64,000 bases of DNA from Acidimicrobiia bacterium (GTDB lineage: Bacteria > Actinomycetota > Acidimicrobiia > Acidimicrobiales > Aldehydirespiratoraceae). The DNA is taken from assembly GCA_021296315.1 (NCBI GenBank), contig JAGWAO010000006.1, forward strand, positions 8,977 through 72,976. Direction: 5' to 3'. Below the pieces are notes generated by a model that worked only from the letters and a program-made list of their open reading frames with translations, had not been told where the DNA came from and made no database searches. Below, in pieces: positions 19,139-26,583 of this stretch. The position numbers and the translations under genes are program-made. The stretch's first letter is position 1. Every line of letters starts with the position of its first letter.

Positions 19139-20142
19139 CCAGACCTGTCGTCACCATTGCCATTGGCCGGTCCCACTACCGGCGAATGTTCAGCGATGGC
19201 GCCCTCGCCGACCTGGCCGACGCGGCTCACATCGTGCACCACTCCAGCGACGAGCCCGCCTCCAAGCAGGACCTGCTGGACGTCCTTGCCGAAGCCGATG
19301 CCTGCATCACCAGCTGGGGAGTGGCCCCCCTGGACGCCGAGGTGGTGGCGGCTGCGCCCCGCCTGGGGCATATGGCCCACATGGGCGGCAGCGTGAAGCG
19401 ATTCGTGTCCGACGCGGTGTGGGAGCGCGGCATCCGGGTCACCAGCGCCGCGATCACCCTGGCGCGGGATGTAGCCGAGACCACCCTCGGCCTGATGATC
19501 GTGGGTCGCAAGCGCATCTGGCCCTTGGGAAACCATGTGCGCGACGGCGGATGGCGGGACCGTCCGGTGTGGGACCGGTGGGACGCCCGGGAACTCAACC
19601 GCTCGACGGTGGGCCTGATCGGCGCCGGCAATGTCGGCCGCCACGTGGTCGAACTGCTTGCCCCCTTCTCGGCGACCATCCTGGTCGCCGACCCGTATCT
19701 GAGCGACGAGGAGGCGGCCGGACTCGGAGTTGAGAGGGTTGAGCTGGCAGAGCTCATGGATCGCAGCGATGTCGTGTCGATCCATGCCCCGGACACTGAC
19801 CAGACCCGGCACATGATCGGTACCGAGTTGTTGAGCCGCTTGCGCGACGGCACCGTGCTGATCAACACGGCCCGGGGCAGCATTATCGACGAGGAGGCCC
19901 TCATTGACGAGCTGGCCACCGGACGGATCTTTGCCTTCCTCGACGTGACCGACCCCGAGCCTCCAGCATCCGACAGCCCGCTGCGCCGCCTCGAGAATGT
20001 GGTGGTCACCCCCCATATCGCAGGCTGCATCGAAAACTGCCACCGCATGGGGGAGATGGCCGTCGAGGAGGTCCGCCGCTTCCTGGCCGGTGAGCCCGCC
20101 GTCCATGAGGTCCGGCCCGACATGCTCGACCGGATCGCCTAG
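19135..20142 (+). CDS. D-isomer-specific 2-hydroxyacid dehydrogenase
   Basis: GTG 19135 overlaps the kinase stop (GTGA). NAD motif VGLIGAGNVGRHV. Also INTARGSIIDEEAL and VTPHIAG. Confidence 0.85.
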   Translation: MTRPVVTIAIGRSHYRRMFSDGALADLADAAHIVHHSSDEPASKQDLLDVLAEADACITSWGVAPLDAEVVAAAPRLGHMAHMGGSVKRFVSDAVWERGIRVTSAAITLARDVAETTLGLMIVGRKRIWPLGNHVRDGGWRDRPVWDRWDARELNRSTVGLIGAGNVGRHVVELLAPFSATILVADPYLSDEEAAGLGVERVELAELMDRSDVVSIHAPDTDQTRHMIGTELLSRLRDGTVLINTARGSIIDEEALIDELATGRIFAFLDVTDPEPPASDSPLRRLENVVVTPHIAGCIENCHRMGEMAVEEVRRFLAGEPAVHEVRPDMLDRIA

Positions 20143-20144
20143 AT

Positions 20145-20197
20145 CCGTTCTTGACGTAGTTGTACCGCTGTAGGGCGTTCAACTACGTCAAGAACGG
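20145..20197. terminator. perfect 18-bp inverted repeat (17-nt loop) between convergent genes
   Basis: ccgttcttgacgtagttg (20145-20162) pairs perfectly with caactacgtcaagaacgg (20180-20197). Locally AT-richer than the surroundings. No U-tract. Confidence 0.6.
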
Positions 20198-20247
20198 TTG
20201 GGGCCGGGATGTGCGACGCCCACTGTTCCGGTAGGGGCGGCCCGGAC

Positions 20248-20326
20248 CCGCCGTCAGCTGAGGATGAGGCCGCCGTCAGCTGAGGATGAGGCCGCCGTCA
20301 GCTGAGGATGAGGCCGCCGTCAGCTG
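20248..20326 (-). repeat. 22-bp tandem repeat, 3.6 copies, copying the 3' end and stop codon of the SDR gene
   Basis: ccgccgtcagctgaggatgagg occurs at 20248, 20270 and 20292, plus a partial copy at 20314-20326. The functional TGA (20298-20300) is in the third copy. Confidence 0.9.
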
Positions 20327-21080
20327 CCTCGATGGCTTGGCCGGTCAGGTAGCGGGCGTCGTCGCTGGCCAGGAAGGCGACGACCCCGGCGATCTCCTCC
20401 GGGCGGGCCAGCCGCTTGACCGCGGTGTCGTTGGCCCGCATGTCCAGCCACTCCTCGGCGGTCATGTCCAGCGTGGCCCCGATCTCGGCCGCCACCTTGC
20501 GCACCATGTCGGTGAGGGTGTTGCCGGCGCACACCGCATTGACGGTGATGCCGTGAGGCCCCAGTTCCATGGCGGCCGAGCGGGTGATGCCGACCACGCC
20601 GCTCTTGGTGCCCGAGTACTCCGCCGAGAGGGGCCAGCTCGTCTTGGCGGCCATGGACGCGATGTTGATGATCGAGCCCCGCCCCTGAGCGGTCATGACC
20701 GGCGCGGCCAGGCTGTTGGAGACGAGGACCCCGGTCAGGTTGACGGCAACGATGTCCTCCCAGCGGTCGAGAGGGATCTCCCGCAGCGGTCCCCCCACAT
20801 AGATCCCCGCGCAGGCGACCAGCACGTCGATGCGGCTCCACGCCTCCATCACCCGGTCGAAGGCGGCCTGCTGGTCCTCGCTGGACCGCACGTCGCACCT
20901 CAGGGCCATCGATTCGACCCCCTCGGACCGAACGGCGTCGGCCGTGGCGTCGTTGTCGGCCTCGTTGATGTCGAGGCAGGCGACGTTGGCTCCCTCAGCC
21001 GCGAAGCGGCGAGCGGTGGCCGCCCCGATACCGGTAGCAGAGCCGGTGATGACCACAACCTGCCCGGTGAACCGCCTCAT
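20298..21080 (-). CDS. SDR family oxidoreductase (FabG-like)
   Basis: VVVITGSATGIGAATA, NIASMAA, YSGTKSG (YxxxK), and a C-terminal ..YLTGQAIEADGG tail. Confidence 0.85.
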   Translation of the reverse strand: MRRFTGQVVVITGSATGIGAATARRFAAEGANVACLDINEADNDATADAVRSEGVESMALRCDVRSSEDQQAAFDRVMEAWSRIDVLVACAGIYVGGPLREIPLDRWEDIVAVNLTGVLVSNSLAAPVMTAQGRGSIINIASMAAKTSWPLSAEYSGTKSGVVGITRSAAMELGPHGITVNAVCAGNTLTDMVRKVAAEIGATLDMTAEEWLDMRANDTAVKRLARPEEIAGVVAFLASDDARYLTGQAIEAADGGLILS

Positions 21081-21124
21081 CGTGCGACCCTACCAGTACG
21101 GCAAATGACGGCTGACCGCGCCCG

Positions 21125-21880
21125 TCAGGCCGTCGCCAACGCGGCGAGCACCGGGCCGGCCAGTTCGGGGCGGCAGACCACCAAGTCAGGCAGGTAGACG
21201 TCGGGCTGGTTGTAGCGAAGTCGGGAACCGTCGAGCCGGCTGACGAAGCAGCCCGCGGCCTTCGACACCGCTGAAGGGGCACACGAGTCCCATTCGTACT
21301 GGCCGCCGGCATGGACGTAGACATCGGCAGTACCCCGAACCACGGCCATCGACTTGGCGCCGGCCGATCCCAGAGGCACGATGTCGGCGCCGAGCGCGCC
21401 GGCCACTGCATCGGCCTGCTCCGGGGGTCTTGAACGCGACACCACCAGCCGGGGCGGTCCGGCTCGTTCGGGGGGCAGCCGGGGAGGATCGGCTGTCGAG
21501 AGAGTCAGGCCCAGCGCCGGCAGGGCCACGGCTCCCGCCGCCGGGCGCTCGTCGATGACCAGCGCCACATGCACCGCCCAGTCGGTACGCGATGGCTCGG
21601 AGTACTCCCGGGTCCCGTCAAGCGGGTCGATCACCCACACGCGTTCGGCGTCGAGCCGGGCTGCATCGTCGGCGCCCTCCTCCGACAGCACCGCGTCGGT
21701 GGGGCGTGCCGCGGCAAGCTCGCGCACCAGCAACTCGTGAGCCTGGCGGTCGCCCTCGGCTCTCAGCACGGCCGCGGGTGCTCCGTCGGAGACCAGCCGT
21801 TGTTGCAACTCGACCAGCAGGTCTCCTGCACGGCGGGCGAGGTCCGCCGCCAGGCGATGATCGTCGGCGGCGGGTGTCAG
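21125..21880 (-). CDS. cysQ: 3'(2'),5'-bisphosphate nucleotidase CysQ / inositol monophosphatase family
   Basis: LSEEG, WVIDPLDGTREY, WDSCAP motifs. The conserved N-terminal DDHRLAADLARRAGDLL lies upstream of the first ATG/GTG/TTG (TTG 21808). I therefore extend the ORF to in-frame CTG 21880, which overlaps the kgd stop (CTGA). Confidence 0.7.
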   Translation of the reverse strand: MTPAADDHRLAADLARRAGDLLVELQQRLVSDGAPAAVLRAEGDRQAHELLVRELAAARPTDAVLSEEGADDAARLDAERVWVIDPLDGTREYSEPSRTDWAVHVALVIDERPAAGAVALPALGLTLSTADPPRLPPERAGPPRLVVSRSRPPEQADAVAGALGADIVPLGSAGAKSMAVVRGTADVYVHAGGQYEWDSCAPSAVSKAAGCFVSRLDGSRLRYNQPDVYLPDLVVCRPELAGPVLAALATA

Positions 21881-24800
21881 GCCAGCACCGCCGCGTCGAG
21901 AAGGTCCTGCTGCTCCTGGGAATGCACGGTGGGGCTGCCCCCCGCAGGGCTGCCCGACTCGGGTCGGCTCACCCTGCGGATGCGGTAGCTGTCGCCGTGG
22001 GCCTCATAGAGCCTTCCCTTGATCCCGTTCCAGGCGCCCATGTTCTCGGGCTCCTCCTGGAGCCAGACGATCTCGGTGGCGTTGGGGTATCTTCGAAGCT
22101 CGTAGTCGACCGCCCCGTACGGCCACGGGAAGAGTTGTTCGACGCGGCACACGGCCAGCGGGGCCTCGTGCTCGTCGCGCAGTTCCATCGCCGGGTAGGC
22201 CACCTTGCCGCTGCAGAAGACCACTCTGGTAACGGCCTCGGCGTCGATGGTCCCCGCCTCCGCGGCGGGGTCGCCGAGCACTTCCTCGAAGGTGCCCGAC
22301 GACAGGTCGGCCACCTTCGAGCGGGCGGGCTTGGCCCGCAGCAGCGACTTGGGGGTGAACAAGATCATCGGTTTGCGGACGCGGTGGATCATCTGGCGCC
22401 TCAGCAGGTGGAAGTACTGTCCCGCCGTGGTGGGCTGGCACACATGCATGTTGTCCTCCGCAGCCAGCGTGAGGAACCGCTCGATGCGGGCCGATGAGTG
22501 CTCCGGGCCCTGGCCCTCCATGCCGTGGGGCAGCAGCAGCACGATGCCGCAGTGCTGGTCCCACTTGTCCTCGGCGGCCACGATGAACTGGTCGATGATG
22601 ATCTGGGCCCCGTTGGCGAAGTCGCCGAACTGGGCCTCCCACATCACCAGGGCCTCCGGCTTGGCCACCGCGTAGCCGTACTCGAAGCCCAGAGCGGCGT
22701 ATTCCGACAGCAGGGAGTCGTAGATCCACAGGTCGGCTTCGCGCGCGCACAGGGTCGACAGGGGCACGTACTCGTCGCCGGTCACGTAGTCCACCAGGGT
22801 GGAGTGCCGGTGCGAGAAGGTCCCCCGGCGACTGTCCTGACCGCTGAGCCGAACCGGAGTGCCCTCCATGAGCAGCGATCCGAAGGCCATCGCCTCGCCC
22901 ACGCCCCAGTCGAACTCCCCGCTGCGGAACATCTTGTTGCGCTGCTCGAACTGCCGGGCCAGCTTGGGGTGAACGGTGAAGCCCTCGGGCACGGTGTTGA
23001 GAGCCTCGTAGGTCCGTTCAACGGTGACGGAGTCGATGGCGGTGCGGACGTGGGGCATCACGCCCATCGGCTCGGGCGGGCGCCGGGCCCGGATGTTGTG
23101 GCCGGGCGCTTCGTCTCGGGTCTCGTCCAGGGCAGCCTGGAGCTGGTCGCGGTACTCGGCCAGGGACGCGTCGGCCTCCTCGGCGCTGATGTCACCCCGC
23201 TTCAGCAGCGACTCCTGGTACTGGGTGCGCACCGAGGGCTTGGCGTTGATGCGGCGGTACATCTCCGGGAGCGTGTAGCTGGGGTCGTCGCCCTCGTTGT
23301 GCCCGTGGCGCCGGTAGCAGATCATGTCGATCACGGCGTCCTTGTTGAACCGCTGGCGGTAGGCGAAGGCCAGGCGGGCGACCCGCACGCAGGCCTCGGG
23401 GTCGTCGCCGTTCACATGGAAGATCGGCGCGCCGACCATCTTGGCCACGTCGGTGGAGTACTGGGTGGAGCGGGCCGCGTCCGGCGTGGTCGTGAATCCG
23501 AGCTGGTTGTTGATCACCAGGTGGATGGTCCCGCCGACGCGGTATCCCCTGATGAGGCTCAGGTTGAAGGTCTCGGCCACCACGCCCTGGCCCGCGAAGG
23601 CGGCGTCCCCGTGGACCAGCAGCGGCATGACCGGGTAGGGGCCGTAGCTGCCTTCGGCCGGGATGTTGTCCATGCGGGCCCGAGCCATGCCGACCACCAC
23701 CGGGTCGACCGCCTCCAGGTGGGAGGGGTTGGCGGCCAGCTCCAGCAGCAGGTGCTTGCCCGATGGGCTCTCGTAGGCGCCGATCTGGCCGAGGTGGTAC
23801 TTCACGTCGCCGCTGCCCTGGATCTGGTCCTCGGTTATGGCTCCCTCGAACTGTTTGAAGAGCTCGTGGTAGGTCTTGCCCACCAGGTTGACGAGCACGT
23901 TCAGCCGCCCCCGGTGGGCCATGCCCATCACCACTTCCGCCAGGGGCGCGTCGGCCGCGCACGTCAGCAGGGCGTCCAGCAGCGGGATGGTGGACTCGGC
24001 GCCCTCCAGGCCGAAGCGCTTCTGGCCGACGTACTTTGTGCCCAGGAAGCTGCTGAGGGCCTCGGCCGCGTTGAGCTGGCTGAGGATGCGGCGCTGGTCC
24101 TCACCCTTGAGCGTGGTGTCTGATCCTTCGATCTGCTCCTGGATCCACCGTTTCTCCTCGGGCTCCTGGATGTGCATGTACTCCACGCCGACGGTGCGGC
24201 AGTAGGCGTCGCGCAGCACGCCCAGCAGGTCGCCGAGCTTCATCCGGCGGTCCGGGCCCAGGGTGGCGTAGATGCCGGTCGCGCTGCCGGTCAGGAACTC
24301 GCGGTCCAGGTCCCAGATGGTCAGCCCGTAGGTGGCCGGATCGAGCTCGGAGTGCATTACGGGCGCCTCGTCGCGCAGCGGGTTGAGGTCGGCGATCAGA
24401 TGACCCCGCACCCTGTACTGGTTGATGAGCTGGTTGACCTTGGCCTGCTTCTCGAGCATGGCCGTCTCGCGGTCCACCGGGTTGAAGTCGCGCCGCCACT
24501 TCACCGCCTCGTACGGGATGTGCAGCGACCGGAAGGCCTGGCCGTAGAAGTCGTCGGTGCCCAGCAGCAGGTCGTGCACCCGCTGCAGGAACAGTCCCGA
24601 CTCTGCACCCTGGATGACCCGATGGTCGTACGTGCTGCTGATCGTCACCAGCTTGCTCACACCCAGGTCTGCCAGCAGGGACGGGTCGGCGGCCTCGTAC
24701 TCGGTCGGGAAGGCAAGAGCCCCGACGCCTACGATCGTTCCTTGCCCGGTCATCAGCCTGGGAACCGACTGCTGGGTGCCGATGGTGCCGGGGTTGGTGA

Positions 24801-25596
24801 TGGTCACGGTCACGCCCCGCATGTCGTCGGCACTGAGCCTGTTCTCGCGGATCTTGGCGATCTGCTCGTCGTAACGCTCCACGAACGTGGCGAAGTTGAG
24901 GGTGTCGGCGTCCCGGATGCACGGCACCATCAGCGACCGCGTGCCGTCGTCTCGGGCGATGTCGACCGCGATCCCGAGACCGATGTGTTCGGGCCGCACG
25001 ATCCTCGGCTTGCCTGCCGCGTCGGTGGCGTAGATGTTGTTCATGGCCGGGACTGTGTCGGTGATGGCTCGCACCACCGCGTAGCCGATCAGGTGCGTGA
25101 ACGAGACCTTTCGAACCATCTTGCGGCTGAGGTGGCCGTTGATGATCTTGCGGTTGACCTCCAGGAGCTTGGCGGGGACATCGCGGAAGCTCGTGGCGGT
25201 GGGCACGGCCAGGCTGGCCTCCATGTTGGCGACGATGCGGGCTCCCACGCCTCTGATCGGCTCCCCGATGGGCGTGTCCGCCGCCGGTTCCTTCTTCGCC
25301 TCCTTGGGTGCGGGCGGCGGCTCGCCTGCGAGCGGCACCGACATGCCGGCGGGGTCGACCTCAGGCTCCGTCACATCGGTGGCAGTGGTGTCGATGGTGG
25401 TGCGGGTGGCGGTCGATGCTTGTGGACGAGCCGACGTGATCGGAGTATCCGGCGTCTCTCCCTCGAACAGGGCGCGCCAGGCTTCGTCCACCGAGGCCGG
25501 ATCGGCGGCCCACAGGTCGCGCATCTCATCGATGACCCAGGCGTTGGCGCCTAGGGAGTCGGTCGCTTCGGAGCGGATCCGGTCGTTCATGGCCAC
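21877..25596 (-). CDS. kgd: multifunctional 2-oxoglutarate metabolism enzyme (E1 decarboxylase/dehydrogenase fused to E2-type acyltransferase domain)
   Basis: 1239 aa. The N-terminal segment with DHRVIQGAESG is the E2 catalytic motif. It is followed by the TPP-dependent E1 region (GDAAFAGQGVV, HGHNEGDDPS, LLLPHGMEGQGPEHSS). Confidence 0.93.
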   Translation of the reverse strand: MAMNDRIRSEATDSLGANAWVIDEMRDLWAADPASVDEAWRALFEGETPDTPITSARPQASTATRTTIDTTATDVTEPEVDPAGMSVPLAGEPPPAPKEAKKEPAADTPIGEPIRGVGARIVANMEASLAVPTATSFRDVPAKLLEVNRKIINGHLSRKMVRKVSFTHLIGYAVVRAITDTVPAMNNIYATDAAGKPRIVRPEHIGLGIAVDIARDDGTRSLMVPCIRDADTLNFATFVERYDEQIAKIRENRLSADDMRGVTVTITNPGTIGTQQSVPRLMTGQGTIVGVGALAFPTEYEAADPSLLADLGVSKLVTISSTYDHRVIQGAESGLFLQRVHDLLLGTDDFYGQAFRSLHIPYEAVKWRRDFNPVDRETAMLEKQAKVNQLINQYRVRGHLIADLNPLRDEAPVMHSELDPATYGLTIWDLDREFLTGSATGIYATLGPDRRMKLGDLLGVLRDAYCRTVGVEYMHIQEPEEKRWIQEQIEGSDTTLKGEDQRRILSQLNAAEALSSFLGTKYVGQKRFGLEGAESTIPLLDALLTCAADAPLAEVVMGMAHRGRLNVLVNLVGKTYHELFKQFEGAITEDQIQGSGDVKYHLGQIGAYESPSGKHLLLELAANPSHLEAVDPVVVGMARARMDNIPAEGSYGPYPVMPLLVHGDAAFAGQGVVAETFNLSLIRGYRVGGTIHLVINNQLGFTTTPDAARSTQYSTDVAKMVGAPIFHVNGDDPEACVRVARLAFAYRQRFNKDAVIDMICYRRHGHNEGDDPSYTLPEMYRRINAKPSVRTQYQESLLKRGDISAEEADASLAEYRDQLQAALDETRDEAPGHNIRARRPPEPMGVMPHVRTAIDSVTVERTYEALNTVPEGFTVHPKLARQFEQRNKMFRSGEFDWGVGEAMAFGSLLMEGTPVRLSGQDSRRGTFSHRHSTLVDYVTGDEYVPLSTLCAREADLWIYDSLLSEYAALGFEYGYAVAKPEALVMWEAQFGDFANGAQIIIDQFIVAAEDKWDQHCGIVLLLPHGMEGQGPEHSSARIERFLTLAAEDNMHVCQPTTAGQYFHLLRRQMIHRVRKPMILFTPKSLLRAKPARSKVADLSSGTFEEVLGDPAAEAGTIDAEAVTRVVFCSGKVAYPAMELRDEHEAPLAVCRVEQLFPWPYGAVDYELRRYPNATEIVWLQEEPENMGAWNGIKGRLYEAHGDSYRIRRVSRPESGSPAGGSPTVHSQEQQDLLDAAVLA

Positions 25597-25637
25597 GATC
25601 CTACTTTCCTACTTTCTGGCCCGGATAGGGTCGGCTC

Positions 25638-26441
25638 GTGCGGGTCGTCACCTGGAACGTGAACTCCCTGAAGGCGCGCCTCGGCCGGGTGCAGCGCTGG
25701 ATCGAGTCCTTCTCGCCGGATGTGGTGTGCCTGCAGGAGACCAAACTCGCCGACGACGCGTTTCCCGGGCTGGCCTTCCAGTCGCTCGGATACGACTGCT
25801 TCCACAACGGGGAGGGACGCTGGAACGGTGTAGCGGTGCTGAGCAGGGTGGGGCTCACCGACCCAGTGGCCGGATTCGGGGCCGGCATCGAGCCCGACTG
25901 TGACGCCCGCCTGGCCTGGGCCACCTGCGGGGGCGTGCGGGTGGCGTCGTGCTACGTGCCCAACGGTCGGGCCGTCGGCCATGACCACTACCACTACAAG
26001 CTCGACTGGATGCGCCGGCTGAGAGCCTCCCTCGACGCTCAGGCCGATCCCGGTCGGCCCGTCCTGGTGTGCGGCGACTTCAACATCGCTCCCGACGATA
26101 GGGACGTGTACGACCCGGCCGCCTTCACCGACACCACCCACACCAGCGCGCCGGAGCGGGAGAGGCTCGCGGGCCTGCTCGAATGGGGCCTGGTCGATGT
26201 GTTCCGCGACCACCATGATGACGGCGGGCTGTTCACGTGGTGGGACTACCGGGGAGGCGACTTCCACAAGCGCAAGGGAATGCGCATCGACCTCGTTCTG
26301 GCCTCCCGGCCGGTCGCCGACGCGGCCAGCTTTGCGCTCATTGACCGCAATGAGCGCAAAGGCCCCAAGGACGATCCTCCCAGCGACCACGCGCCCCTGT
26401 TCATCGACTTGGAGGCCGAGCGGATGGGCGGCAACTGGTGA
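25638..26441 (+). CDS. xthA: exodeoxyribonuclease III
   Basis: MRVVTWNVNSLKARL..VVCLQETK..GDFNIAP..WWDYR..RIDLVL..PSDHAPL. The last nine codons and the stop are encoded by repeat copy D. Confidence 0.9.
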   Translation: MRVVTWNVNSLKARLGRVQRWIESFSPDVVCLQETKLADDAFPGLAFQSLGYDCFHNGEGRWNGVAVLSRVGLTDPVAGFGAGIEPDCDARLAWATCGGVRVASCYVPNGRAVGHDHYHYKLDWMRRLRASLDAQADPGRPVLVCGDFNIAPDDRDVYDPAAFTDTTHTSAPERERLAGLLEWGLVDVFRDHHDDGGLFTWWDYRGGDFHKRKGMRIDLVLASRPVADAASFALIDRNERKGPKDDPPSDHAPLFIDLEAERMGGNW

Positions 26442-26510
26442 GAACAGTTGAGGGGTGCCGAGCGAGGCCGTGGCCCGAGCGGCCCGTGAGCGCAGCGAAC
26501 GGGAGCGGGA
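26410..26510 (+). repeat. modular interspersed repeat, copy D
   Basis: ttggaggccgagcggatgggcggc...cgagcgaggccgtggcccgagcggcccgtgagcgcagcgaacgggagcggga. Overlaps the xthA 3' end. Confidence 0.9.
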
Positions 26511-26583
26511 GTGGCGCCGGCGCCAAGCGACGGGCTGTCACCCGTTCGCGCTCGCACCTGGACGAGGGCACCCTGGCGAAACC

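Noticed and set aside
22498-24123. 541-aa plus-strand ORF
   Set aside because: It lies entirely antisense to the well-supported kgd gene. The composition is G/R/V/H-rich with no recognisable motifs. This is the typical shadow ORF of a GC-rich genome.
25601-25635. ctactttc x2 tandem and ggcccggatagggtcggc in the kgd/xthA divergent spacer; also gaggcccgatagggcc at 44951-44966
   Set aside because: Similarity to the repeat module (GGATAGGG) is too short to call degenerate solo modules with confidence.
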